Below the pieces are notes generated by a model. It had not been told where the DNA came from, did not search any database, and saw only the letters and a list, made by a program, of their open reading frames with translations. Source: an uncultured Methylomirabilota bacterium (lineage in GTDB: Bacteria; Methylomirabilota; Methylomirabilia; Methylomirabilales; 2-02-FULL-66-22). From it: 64,000 nucleotides of DNA. The stretch is taken from NCBI GenBank assembly GCA_963845565.1, contig CAWJSJ010000005.1, forward strand, positions 224,001-288,000, in the 5' to 3' direction. Shown here one piece after another: positions 40,175-50,121 of this stretch; the first letter of the stretch is position 1, and each line of letters begins with the position of its first letter. The translations under genes were made by a program, and so were the position numbers.

Positions 40175-41728
40175 TTACACGGCGACAGATACCGGCGGCG
40201 CCTGGCGCGAGGCGACCTGGAGCAGTTGGTCGGCCACCGTGCGGTCATTGGTCACGCGGGGGACCTTGTGCTGGTCTCCGAGCTTGCCCACCGAGCGCAT
40301 CCACTGATAGAACGTCCCCCGGGGAAGGCTCGTCACCATCGGGGCCACCATGCCCACACCCCTCTCGCGTTTGGTGTGGTAATCATGGTTCAACCCCATG
40401 AGGGCCTCGTCGACGCGCCGCGCAAACTCCGCCAGATCGGATGGGGCGTGCTGAAACTCGATAAGCCACTCATGGCCGCCGCGCGCCTCGGCCCGCGAAG
40501 GGTAGCGCGGGGCCACCGTGAACTCGCTCACGGCGGTCTCGGTCGCCCGACAGGCGGATGCCAGGGCCTTCTCCACCTCCTCGACGATCACGTTCTCGCC
40601 GAAGGCGTTGACGAAGTGCCGCGTGCGCCCGGTGATCTGCAGGCGAAGGGGATCCCGAGCGGTGAAGCGCACCGTGTCGCCCAGCACGTACGACCAGAGT
40701 CCCGCGGGAGCCGTGAGAACAATGGCGTATGCGCGATCGAGTTCCACGTCCGCCACGGTGTGCCGTCGAGGGCGGTCGGAGCCAAGATCCTCGATTGGGA
40801 CGAACTCGTAAAAGATGCCATAGTCCAGCATCAGGGTGAGACCGTCGCTGGGCTCGGTCTGGACGGCGACGAAGCCTTCGGACGCCGGGTAGACCTCGAT
40901 GCGGTGAATCGGCCGACCCATCCGCTCTTCGAAGCCCTTGAGATATGGAGCGAAGTGCACCCCTCCGTGAATGAAGACCTGGAGATTCGGCCAGCATTTT
41001 CCGAGGGTGTCCACGGGGCGGCCCGCCTCGCGCCGGGCCTGCGCCACCCGGTCGAGCAGGATGGCGACCCAGGACGGCATCCCCGAGAGCAGGCGAAGGT
41101 CTTGGGACGCGACGTGCGATGCGATGGCGACGATGCGCCGTTCCCAGTCGCCGATGGAAGCGATATCCGGACCCGGGGAATAGCGGCTCCGGATGACCGG
41201 GGGAAGCCGTCGAACCACGAGGCCCGACAGGTCGCCCAGGAGGCAACCGTTCCCGTGCGGCACCAGTGTCGTGCTCCCACCCAGGAAGAGCAGTGGGCCG
41301 CCCAGCAGCGGGCCGGCGCCGACGCGTGCCGCAGCCAGAAGGAAGGCGTCCCATCCCCCTTTGCGGTGGGAGGAAAAAGCTTCCGGTGTGACGGGTATGT
41401 ACTTGTCGCCGGCGGTGGTCCCCGACGTCTTCACCCAATGCCGTGGCCGGTCCGGCCAGGCGACATCCGTCTCGCCACCGGCCGCGCGAGCCCAGAGCGG
41501 GCCGAACTCCAGGTAGGTCCGCAGAGGGACGCGCTCCTGGTAGGCCGCCGCCGACCGGATGGCGTGGAATCCATGGGTCCGGCCGAATTCCGTCTGGCGG
41601 GCTCGTGCCACCATCTGCAACAGCGTGGCTTCCTGCAGGGCCGATCCACGCCGCCACACGGCTTCCAGGGAGCGCCGACGCTTCGCGGCGTACCAGTTGA
41701 GCAGCGATGCAGCCGTCCGCGCGATCAT
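40175..41728 (-). CDS. GH3-family acyl-adenylate/amido synthetase-like protein
   Basis: KTSGTTAGDKYIP, YPASEGF, FYEF, YVLGDTV, ITGRT, FGE. Confidence 0.88.
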   Translation of the reverse strand: MIARTAASLLNWYAAKRRRSLEAVWRRGSALQEATLLQMVARARQTEFGRTHGFHAIRSAAAYQERVPLRTYLEFGPLWARAAGGETDVAWPDRPRHWVKTSGTTAGDKYIPVTPEAFSSHRKGGWDAFLLAAARVGAGPLLGGPLLFLGGSTTLVPHGNGCLLGDLSGLVVRRLPPVIRSRYSPGPDIASIGDWERRIVAIASHVASQDLRLLSGMPSWVAILLDRVAQARREAGRPVDTLGKCWPNLQVFIHGGVHFAPYLKGFEERMGRPIHRIEVYPASEGFVAVQTEPSDGLTLMLDYGIFYEFVPIEDLGSDRPRRHTVADVELDRAYAIVLTAPAGLWSYVLGDTVRFTARDPLRLQITGRTRHFVNAFGENVIVEEVEKALASACRATETAVSEFTVAPRYPSRAEARGGHEWLIEFQHAPSDLAEFARRVDEALMGLNHDYHTKRERGVGMVAPMVTSLPRGTFYQWMRSVGKLGDQHKVPRVTNDRTVADQLLQVASRQAPPVSVAV

Positions 41729-42513
41729 CGCACGCCTCCCGCAACCAGGCGCGCGCGCATCTCGCCGGTCCGGCGGAGCCAGCCGGCCAGGACACGATTA
41801 AAGGCCTCCGGCTGCTCCAACATGGGCGCATGGCCGCAGCACGGGAGGAAGAAGAGCTCGGACCGCGGGATCAGGGCGTGAAACCGATGCGCGACCTCGG
41901 GCGGCGTGATCCGGTCATCCGCCCCCCAGATGATGCAGGTCGGCGCCCCAACGGTCGGCAAGCGCGCCTCCATGTTGCGATGCTTGGCCGCCCGGGCCGC
42001 TTGGAGCAGGCGAAGCACAGATGACCGGGTGGTCACCGCGCGCTGGACCGATTCCACCCACTGGGTTGTCACCATGGCCGGATTGTAGAACACCTCTTCC
42101 ATCTTGGTGCGGACCCATGACGGGGTGGGGCGATGCGGCACGCCACGAGTGAAGCTGCGCTCGAAGAGGCCGGACGAACCGGTGAGGACCAGCCCGGATA
42201 CCCGGTCTGGGTGGGCGAGGGCGAGCTCCAGCGCCACGTGGCCGCCGAGAGAGTTGCCACCGATGACGGCACGGGCGATCCCCTGCGCGTCGAGGAAGGC
42301 GCGCACCCAGCCGCACAGTTCCAGGGGAGACACCTCGAGCAGAAACGGCTCGAAGATGGGGAGCGTGAGGGCGATGGGCCGACAGAAGTCGCTCAGGACT
42401 CCCAGCGAGTCCGTCCAGTGGTCCATATCCCCCATCAGTCCGTGCAACAGCAGCACCGCCTCGCCTTTTCCCCGCTCGTGCCACCGGAATTGCGGATGAA
42501 CGTCCTGACTCAC
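41725..42513 (-). CDS. Alpha/beta hydrolase
   Basis: LLHGL, GNSLGG, WGADD, GHAPMLE; RBS AAGGAGG before GTG. Confidence 0.9.
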   Translation of the reverse strand: MSQDVHPQFRWHERGKGEAVLLLHGLMGDMDHWTDSLGVLSDFCRPIALTLPIFEPFLLEVSPLELCGWVRAFLDAQGIARAVIGGNSLGGHVALELALAHPDRVSGLVLTGSSGLFERSFTRGVPHRPTPSWVRTKMEEVFYNPAMVTTQWVESVQRAVTTRSSVLRLLQAARAAKHRNMEARLPTVGAPTCIIWGADDRITPPEVAHRFHALIPRSELFFLPCCGHAPMLEQPEAFNRVLAGWLRRTGEMRARLVAGGVR

Positions 42514-42807
42514 CTGTGCCTCCTTGTCGGCGGTCTGGGGGACCGCGGGTCGCGCCGGTTGCCGGCGCCGCACTGCTTGGAAGATGGCAGAGAGATATCG
42601 GCTGCGGGTTGCATTTGGATGACCTGGCGGTGACGCGACCGTGAAATCCTCGGCGCGATCGCGCCTCCAGTCAGTGAATCCACGGCCGCCGTGTGCTTTC
42701 CGCTTGACACTCGCCGCCGCCGTACGGCATCCTCCAGACCGCCTTACTGCGCATGAGTATGGGATCGGGTTCAGGCGGGCTCGGGAGGTCATGGAGGGAA
42801 CAGCGGC

Positions 42808-43930
42808 ATGGCCAAGTTCGTCGGTATCCTGACGTCTGGAGGCGATTGCCCCGGCTTGAACGCTGCGATCCGCGGGGTGGGCAAGGCCGCGCTCGGTTTC
42901 TACGGCATGCAGGTGATCGGGTTTCGCGACGGTTTTCGCGGGTTCATGGAGAACCGCACCATGGAGCTTGACGGCGACATGCTCTCGGGCATTTTGACCC
43001 AGGGCGGCACGATCCTGGGTACCAGCCGGGACAAGCCGCATCGCATGCCGGTTGGCGGGAAGGTCGTCGATGTGACCGACGTGATCGTGGACAACTACCA
43101 CAAGCACCACCTCGACGTGCTGGTGTGTCTGGGCGGCGGCGGGACGCAGAAGAACGCCTATCGGTTGGCGCAGAAGGGCCTGAACATCATCACGTTGCCG
43201 AAGACCATTGATAACGACGTGACTCTGACCGACGTGACGTTCGGTTTCGACACGGCGCTCGGCGTCGCGACGGAGGCCATCGACCGCTTGCACAGCACGG
43301 CGCACAGCCATCACCGGATCATCGTCGTGGAGATCATGGGGAACAAGGTGGGCTGGTTGGCTCTGGGTGCCGGCATCGCCGGCGGCGCCGATGCCATCCT
43401 GATCCCGGAGATTCCGTACGAGGTGGAGCGTGTCGCCGACGCCATCCGTAGCCGCAGCCACCGGGGGAAGCGATTCAGCCTGGTTGCCGTGGCCGAGGGG
43501 GCCATCTCCAGGCAGAAGGTGCACGCCCTGCGCGCGGCAGAGAACAAGGTTGCCAAAGCCAAATCGCGAGCAGATCAAGCCAGCGCCGAGGCCGAATTGA
43601 AGCAGCTCGAAGCCCAACACGCCGGCAACACGATGCGGCTGGCGCGGGAACTGGAAGAGCTCACCGGTCTTGAGTCGCGCGTCACCATCCTGGGTTATCT
43701 CCAGCGCGGCGGGACGCCGTCGGCGGCGGATCGGCTCCTGGCCACTCGCCTGGGAACCGGCGTGTGCGGATCTCATCAAGAAGGGACGGTACGGCGTCAT
43801 GGTGGCGGCGCGTGCGGATGAAACCAGGCCCGTGCCGCTTGAGGAGGTCTCCAGGCGACTGAAGTTCGTCCCGCCCGATCACCCGTGGGTCGCCACGGCG
43901 CGCCGGGTCGGCACGTGTCTGGGGGATTGA
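42808..43930 (+). CDS. pfkA: 6-phosphofructokinase (apparent +1 frameshift near 43759)
   Basis: [43 protein letters not shown]-terminus continues in the +1 frame. Confidence 0.88.
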
Positions 43931-44061
43931 CCGGTGAACTCGTTGCCGTTGGCGTGCGCCGAAGTGGAGGAAGGCGAACATCCGGAGAGGCCGCGTTCGA
44001 AAGATAAAAGGGGTCCAGGTGGTACCTGGTCCCTGCCGGTATCCTGGTGCGGGAAAAGTGA

Positions 44062-45672
44062 TCAGCCGGCCGTGGTTTCGCCCCGGCCGGGCGTCTGTGG
44101 CGTGGCTTTCAGGGCTCCGAGGTGTTTGCGCACGGAGCGCCTATCAAACCGCGACCACAGCTTGACCAGGCGGCCGCGGCGCTTGCGGGCGATGTCCCGC
44201 TGGACCTGGATGAGAGCGCCCAACTGGAGGAGCGCCTCGGGGCCGATTTGTTCGCGCTGAACCATCTCCTTGGCCAGATCTTGGATCCTGCCGATCGCGG
44301 TCACCGCGTCTTGGTGTTCCCCTAAGCAGTCCTGGAATCGCACCATGGTTCGGATATAGTTCGCCAGCGGGTCGGCGCCGGAGGCCGGGTCGCCGAAGGC
44401 CTCCCGGAAGAACTCGCTGGCGTACCGCAGGCGTTTGCAGAGAATCCGTAATCGGTGGAGGTCGGCCGCGGGCGTCGTGGGGCCGACGGTTCGCCCGAGG
44501 CGAAGGACCCGCCTCTGGGCTTTTTCGAGGAGCACCGGTCCAATCTCGGCGACGGGAAGGGTGTGGGCGCCAGGATGCGGCCGAGGAGGTGGCGAGGACG
44601 CCAATGCGTCCAGACGACACATCAGTGCCTGAAAGCGCCGGGAGGTCAAGGCTGCCGTAAGGGCTACCCGTGCCGGCTGTCGCCGTCGCACCAGTTCCGC
44701 CGTCAGGAGCGCCGCGATAGCATCCGCCTCTCCTAACCGCTGGGCCTGTTCCCGGAGGTTGAGGATGAAGACGTCGAGGTCTCGCACGGTGCCCAGACGT
44801 TGGGCCACCCAACCGAGGTCTCGGCGCAGGGCGTCGGCCCGTCTGGGGCCGAGGGCGCCGGCAAAGAGCCGAAGAGCAGAGCGCAGCCGTCGGGTGGCCA
44901 CGCGCAGATCGTGGAGGTATTCGGGGTCCTCGCCCTCGATGGTGCCCGCGAGGTTGGCCCGCATCTTCACGGCCTGCTGGCCGATCACCTTCCGGGCCGC
45001 CACCGTCAGCGTGTCGTCGGGGCGCATGCGGAGATGATCCGGCAGGGGAGCGCCGGGTTCCGAAAGGTTCAGCGTCAGGAGTGCCACGCGACAGGTGTCG
45101 CCCGCCGCCGCAGAAAGCCCCAACCGGTCGCGCACATCGGTGATGACCCGGAGGAATGCGTCCGCGTCTCCCCCGACGAGGCGTACGGTGAACAGGCCAA
45201 CGGATCGCGCTCCCTTCGGCCAACCCTCGCGTGGCGGCGCGGCGATGAAGCGCTCGGCCCGAAACAAAAACGCCGCCCCGGAAGAACTTTGGACAGGGGT
45301 TGCCGACACGAGCGACCGAAGCCGGACCAAGGGAAGCAGGAGTCGCCCATCTGCGAGTGTGCTTGCCGGCGGAGGGACCCCGGCGGTGTCGGGGGAAAGG
45401 CTCGGGAAAGGGAAGGTGCCCTCGAAAGGGTCCTGACGCTCCCCCTCGGGGCCCGAGAGATGCCAGACCGTGCCTTGTCCGGTCCGCCGGATGGACAGGC
45501 GGCACCCTCCCCTGGCGAGACGCCCATCTTGGGTCTCCAGGAAGAGGCATTCCTCGCGAAAGACGGCCGGCGGACCGCCGCTATAGCCCACACGTCGGAG
45601 GGACCGGAGCAGCGCCGACGGCGACCTCCCAGCGGGAAGACCGAACCAACTCACGACGTGTCCGCTGTCCAT
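44062..45672 (-). CDS. CHAD-domain protein with degenerate CYTH-like N-terminus
   Basis: LHDLRVATRRLRS, VRDLDV, LHRLRILCKRLRY, QDCLGEHQD. Confidence 0.88.
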   Translation of the reverse strand: MDSGHVVSWFGLPAGRSPSALLRSLRRVGYSGGPPAVFREECLFLETQDGRLARGGCRLSIRRTGQGTVWHLSGPEGERQDPFEGTFPFPSLSPDTAGVPPPASTLADGRLLLPLVRLRSLVSATPVQSSSGAAFLFRAERFIAAPPREGWPKGARSVGLFTVRLVGGDADAFLRVITDVRDRLGLSAAAGDTCRVALLTLNLSEPGAPLPDHLRMRPDDTLTVAARKVIGQQAVKMRANLAGTIEGEDPEYLHDLRVATRRLRSALRLFAGALGPRRADALRRDLGWVAQRLGTVRDLDVFILNLREQAQRLGEADAIAALLTAELVRRRQPARVALTAALTSRRFQALMCRLDALASSPPPRPHPGAHTLPVAEIGPVLLEKAQRRVLRLGRTVGPTTPAADLHRLRILCKRLRYASEFFREAFGDPASGADPLANYIRTMVRFQDCLGEHQDAVTAIGRIQDLAKEMVQREQIGPEALLQLGALIQVQRDIARKRRGRLVKLWSRFDRRSVRKHLGALKATPQTPGRGETTAG

Positions 45673-45723
45673 TCCGGTCCGCTCCCTTGGAGCGAGGGGC
45701 CTCGGAGAGATCTCTGCGTGTGG

Positions 45724-46167
45724 TTATGCGTCCGGCGGAATCCGCCCGCTCAGCGATTCCAGCAGAGCCTCGATCCGCCCGAGATCCTTGAGGCGGCCCT
45801 TCTTGGGTTTCAGCTTGAGAGTCTGGATGTCGGCCAACATGGCGGAGAGGGCGGGCGTGTGAGGCAGTACTGGGCGGTCGCCGGACACGCCTTCACCGCT
45901 CAGCGAGTGCGCGAGTCCGACCAACTCGCCGTCCAAACGGTCGAAGAGCGCCGTGCCGATGTTTCTGAGGACCGGTCGGAGCTTTGCGAGTTCCCGGGCG
46001 ACCTGCTGGGCGAGTTCCGGACGGGTGGGCAATTTGGTCCGCTTGGATCGCTTCGCCATGTCGCGCCGACCGGCCATCGTCTTAGACGGCTGGCGCTTTC
46101 CTGGTGCGTCGGCGCGGGGGAGCTTGCGGCGACCCTGACGTGTCGGCGTCCCGGTTGGCCGAGGCAT
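45724..46167 (-). CDS. Basic hypothetical protein (alternative start 46059)
   Basis: Strong RBS GAGGAGG; LKLKPKKGRLKDL segment; between kinase pair and CHAD gene. Confidence 0.65.
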   Translation of the reverse strand: MPRPTGTPTRQGRRKLPRADAPGKRQPSKTMAGRRDMAKRSKRTKLPTRPELAQQVARELAKLRPVLRNIGTALFDRLDGELVGLAHSLSGEGVSGDRPVLPHTPALSAMLADIQTLKLKPKKGRLKDLGRIEALLESLSGRIPPDA

Positions 46168-46885
46168 GACGTTCCCTCCTCACCTCTCGCGTTGCGGCGC
46201 GGTCCAGGACGAGTTGAATCCTGCCTTGCAGGTCTCGATCCACCGCGGCAATGGTGCGGTTGGCATTGACGAGCTCAAAGTCGTATTTCTTCTGCATCTT
46301 GAAGAACTCGCTCCGTATTCGCCGCTGATACCGGACGAAACTCTGAAACCAGTCACGACTCAGGCCGCAGTCCATCCCGGACTCCCAGTAATCCAGCTCG
46401 GCGTGGCTTTGAAACGTGCGCTGCACCAGGGTCGGGAGGGATGCCGTCAGGTAGAAGACCGCGTCGGGGACGAGCGCCATGGAATACACCGAGGCGACCC
46501 AATCGGGCTCGGCGCCCCGTACGATGGCTCTGGCCATGAGCGTGTAGATGTAGCGATCCGCCAGGACCACGAAACCGGCGCGCAGGGCCGGCACGATGCG
46601 ATTCTCCAACTGGTCGTAAAAGTCCGTGGCGTAAAAAAGGCCCAGGGTACGCGGACTCAGGATGTTCCCTTCCTTGGCGCGCTCCAGCTCGGCGCCGACG
46701 AGGTCGGAACGCCGCAAACCCGCCTGGGCCACGGCATGCCCCTGCTGCTCCAGCCACTGGCCCAGCAGCGCGATCTGGGTGGAGCGCCCAGACGAGTCGG
46801 GTCCCTCGATCACGATCAAGGTCCCCGAGAGCTTGCTCAGGTCCACCCCGGCCAAGGCCGTGCCGTAGGTGTGCTTGGGAGTCAC
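46082..46885 (-). CDS. Thymidylate-kinase-fold protein with degenerate P-loop
   Basis: IEGPDSSGRST, LFYATDF, LADRYIYT, ESGMD. Confidence 0.85.
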   Translation of the reverse strand: MTPKHTYGTALAGVDLSKLSGTLIVIEGPDSSGRSTQIALLGQWLEQQGHAVAQAGLRRSDLVGAELERAKEGNILSPRTLGLFYATDFYDQLENRIVPALRAGFVVLADRYIYTLMARAIVRGAEPDWVASVYSMALVPDAVFYLTASLPTLVQRTFQSHAELDYWESGMDCGLSRDWFQSFVRYQRRIRSEFFKMQKKYDFELVNANRTIAAVDRDLQGRIQLVLDRAATREVRRERHASANRDADTSGSPQAPPRRRTRKAPAV

Positions 46886-47568
46886 TGGACGTACCTCTTA
46901 TGGAAGAAGCCCAGGTCGACGCGTTCTTGGACCAAACTCCGGACAATGACCTGCTGGCGGTGCACCGATTGGGTGGCATCCAACACGGTGAACCCGAACT
47001 CATCTACCATCTTCAGGTACTCGTCGAGGACCCGCTTCTGAAAGATTCGGAAACTCTCCGTGATGTCGGGGCTCAAGTCCAGGTCCATGCCGGCTTCAAA
47101 AAACTTGAGCTGGGGCCGTCCTTCCAGGATCCGGCCCAGGGCCACGTCGAGGGGAAGCTTGAAGAAGAGCGTGAGATCCGGCATCCTGGCGAATCCGTAC
47201 ATCTTCCTCAACCACCCTCGGTCGCAGCCGCGCACGGCGTCCCGGGCGAAGGCCGTGAAGATGTACCGATCGCACAGGACCAGGTATCCCGCCCGGAGGA
47301 GAGGCAGGATCTGACGCTCGTACCGGTCGGCGAAGTCCGTGGCGTGGATGAGGCTGAAGGTGGTCGGGGTGAGAAGTTGCCGTTTCTTCCCCTTGCGCGT
47401 GGCTTCCCGGACCAGGACCGACGAGTTCCACTCGGAGAAGAACACCCGGTGTCCCTTCCCGAGCAGCCACTGGTGCACCAGGTGGATCTGGGTGGACTTC
47501 CCCGACCCGTCGAGGCCCTCGACGGCGATGAGCTTGCCGGGAAGCTTCTCGTCTCGCTCCAACGTCAT
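46882..47568 (-). CDS. Thymidylate-kinase-fold protein with intact P-loop
   Basis: VEGLDGSGKST, SEWNSS, LIHATDF, LCDRYIFT, EAGMD. Confidence 0.88.
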   Translation of the reverse strand: MTLERDEKLPGKLIAVEGLDGSGKSTQIHLVHQWLLGKGHRVFFSEWNSSVLVREATRKGKKRQLLTPTTFSLIHATDFADRYERQILPLLRAGYLVLCDRYIFTAFARDAVRGCDRGWLRKMYGFARMPDLTLFFKLPLDVALGRILEGRPQLKFFEAGMDLDLSPDITESFRIFQKRVLDEYLKMVDEFGFTVLDATQSVHRQQVIVRSLVQERVDLGFFHKRYVQ

Positions 47569-47679
47569 GCGATCTCCCCTAAGCGGACCCGGATGGCGTC
47601 TACATCGACACGGACTTTTCTACTACGTCCCGCGGCCGTTTGCAAGCCGCTCTCTCTTTGGATTTTTGGCCATTATTGC

Positions 47680-48996
47680 TCAGAGGATGTTGGCGGCCAA
47701 CTCGGCGAGCTCGGACCGCTCACCCTTGATGAGCTCGATGTGCGCCGCGATCGCCTTGTCCCTGAATTTCGAAATGATGTGGGTGAATCCGCTGGAGGCA
47801 AAGTCAAGATAAGGTGTATCTATCTGAGATAGATCTCCGGTAAAGCAGATCTTCGTGCCCGGTCCGACACGGGTCAAAATCGTCTTTGCCTCCAATGGCG
47901 TTAGGTTCTGCGCCTCATCGATCACGATGAATTGCCCCGCGAGACTCCGCCCGCGAATGTAGCTCAGCGCTTCAACCTCGATCGTCCCATTCCGCATCAA
48001 ATCCGAGGTGCGTTGCCCTCCGTTCCCTCCAAGATCCCCCAGCATGTCCAAGGCATCGTGGATTGGCTGCATCCAGGGGTCGAGCTTCTCTTCGAGCGTG
48101 CCGGGAAGGAAGCCCAGTTCCTTCCCCACGGGAACCGTGGGTCGCGCTATGACCAGGCGGCGGAAATCGCGCGTCCTGGCGACCTGGTGCAGGCCTGCGG
48201 CAACCGCAAGCAGAGTCTTTCCTGTGCCGGCTTTGCCCGAGAGTGTCACCAGCCTGACGTCTTCCGCCAGTAGGGCGTCCAAGGCGTAGTGCTGCTCGCG
48301 GTTCTGCGCCTTGATACCTCCGATCGGTTCCTGCGCACGGAGCGGGACAACGCAGCCGCTAGTCGCGTCGACTCGGGCGAGGAGGCTTTGTTTGGGATTG
48401 GCTGTACTTGTAAGTGTACAGTACTCGTTTGGATGCCGGGGCCCATCGCCATTGAGGGAGAGGATGCCCGAACTTCGGAAGGCCGCGAGAGCATCCGGGG
48501 ATACGGCCAACTCGAACGTGCCGGGATAGAGATCGCCGGTCTTGATGTGATCAGTCTCGTAGTCCTCCGCGCAGAGTCCGAGTGCATCGGCTTTGATGCG
48601 GAGGTTGATGTCCTTCGTGACGAGGATCGTCGGCGTGTCCGGATTCTCGGCTTGAATCTCGCGCGTCAAGTCGACGAGGCGGTCATCCACGCTGCCGCTG
48701 TCATTCGCCGGTCGCCCGCCGTTCCGAGGTGGAAGAACGACCTGGAGGCGACCTCCATTCGGAAGCGGAACGCCATCGCTCAGGCGGCCGAGTTTCCGGA
48801 AACCATCCAGGAGCCTGGACACGGTTCGCGCATGGGCTCCGCGGTCGCTCGATTCCCGCTTGAATTTGTCGATCTCCTCCAGGACCTCGATTGGGATGAT
48901 GACCGTATTGTCCTGGAAATCGAGAAGCGAATATGGATTGTGGACGAGGACATTTGTGTCGCAGAGGTATAGCTTGGGTCGATTGACCAGCGTCAT
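47680..48996 (-). CDS. PIN-PhoH (PhoH2-type) protein
   Basis: PIN DTNVL..LEEID..TKDINLR; GKAGTGKT, GFLPG, IRGRS, DEAQN. Confidence 0.92.
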   Translation of the reverse strand: MTLVNRPKLYLCDTNVLVHNPYSLLDFQDNTVIIPIEVLEEIDKFKRESSDRGAHARTVSRLLDGFRKLGRLSDGVPLPNGGRLQVVLPPRNGGRPANDSGSVDDRLVDLTREIQAENPDTPTILVTKDINLRIKADALGLCAEDYETDHIKTGDLYPGTFELAVSPDALAAFRSSGILSLNGDGPRHPNEYCTLTSTANPKQSLLARVDATSGCVVPLRAQEPIGGIKAQNREQHYALDALLAEDVRLVTLSGKAGTGKTLLAVAAGLHQVARTRDFRRLVIARPTVPVGKELGFLPGTLEEKLDPWMQPIHDALDMLGDLGGNGGQRTSDLMRNGTIEVEALSYIRGRSLAGQFIVIDEAQNLTPLEAKTILTRVGPGTKICFTGDLSQIDTPYLDFASSGFTHIISKFRDKAIAAHIELIKGERSELAELAANIL

Positions 48997-49498
48997 CGCG
49001 TCCCTCAACACATTAGACGAGGTTAGGGTGTGCGGACCGCCCGCGCGCAGCAGTGTAACACTGCGGCAAGATCTTCGCCCGGTAACGCTGTCTGCGGATC
49101 TGTGGCGGTTTAACCTGTATTCTCGGTGGGTTGTCGGGTGTGACGTTTAGTGCGCGGTCGCCGTTTGTGTCCGGAACGTAGTTTCTTATCAAGGTATCGC
49201 TGCTGCCTCCCTGTATGGGGATGAGGGTAGAATCATCCTGTCACCATTACCCTGTTTCAGGTGTCCAATAGGTGACAAATCGGTGGCAAAACGATGAAAT
49301 GTCTCAGGATCTTGGTCCGCTGCCGCGAACCGAGGGGCGTGGGCACTGGATCACCTAGTGGGGCCTGAAGAAGGAGCGGTGGCAGAATGACAGAGCCTGC
49401 CGGACCGCCGAGCGGTGGCGGTTGCGCGGATCCGGCGGGAGTGCGGCAGTTCCCAACCGACGCCATGGTTCGGTCGAAACCTGGACGCCCGTCATCGG

Positions 49499-49792
49499 TC
49501 ATCTCGCGCTTGGTTTCGCCCCGACCTGGGAAGTGTCGTGACCGATCGTGACGGGAATATCGGGACGTGCCGTGCGCCACGACAACCGGATGTCAACGGC
49601 GCAGTCCTCGTGTCTCTCGTGTGCCTCGATCTCCAACTGCAGGGTCTCGAATACCCGTGGCGCGGGTTGCCGATCCCAGACCGGGATGCTGACGCGATTC
49701 CGGAGGAGGCCGCGTGCCAGCTCACTGAGGTAGAAAGCGGCCTCGTCCTTGCTGATGGTCGAGAGGAGCTTGACCTTTGCCGTGCCAGCCAT
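49499..49792 (-). CDS. Amphi-Trp domain protein
   Basis: EAAFYLSELARGL helix, LEIE, terminal DIRLSW strand. Confidence 0.7.
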   Translation of the reverse strand: MAGTAKVKLLSTISKDEAAFYLSELARGLLRNRVSIPVWDRQPAPRVFETLQLEIEAHERHEDCAVDIRLSWRTARPDIPVTIGHDTSQVGAKPSAR

Positions 49793-49892
49793 AGTCTCAC
49801 CATACCGGTTCGGAAGTGAATCTGCCGCCGAAGAATGCTTTGGGCCTCATGCCCATGATTCTCCACGCACGCGTGTCTCGGCCGTCACGATC

Positions 49893-49973
49893 GAATGAAG
49901 AGTGTGTGACAATCAATCAACAGGATCGCACGGCCCGGCGCGAATTCACGGCCGAGTCACGGCGAGGTCACGT
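49893..49973. promoter_or_regulatory. Pho-box-like arrays on both strands
   Basis: Minus GTCAC/TTCAT pair near 49895-49910; plus TTCAC/GTCAC/GTCAC at 49945, 49956, 49967. Confidence 0.55.
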
Positions 49974-50121
49974 GTGGAAGGTGTCCTGTGAGAACCGTGA
50001 GGGGTGGGTCTCGTTGCGGACGGACCGCGCGGGTGACGACATGCTCTTGAGATGCGAAGAGGACCCGGCCGGCGGGCGCATGCCCTCATACGGCAAGACC
50101 GTCAGAGGATCATCGGCAGAT

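Noticed and set aside
40106..41881. 591-aa plus-strand ORF
   Set aside because: Antisense shadow of the GH3 gene
42514..43800. N-terminal extension of the 691-aa minus-strand ORF
   Set aside because: Antisense to pfkA; the hydrolase has its own RBS and start at 42513
46082..47568. Assigning the symbol tmk
   Set aside because: Tandem pair, one degenerate P-loop and polyP context argue against a housekeeping dTMP kinase
49050..49150. Pho box upstream of PIN-PhoH
   Set aside because: Half-site-like words lack consistent 11-bp spacing
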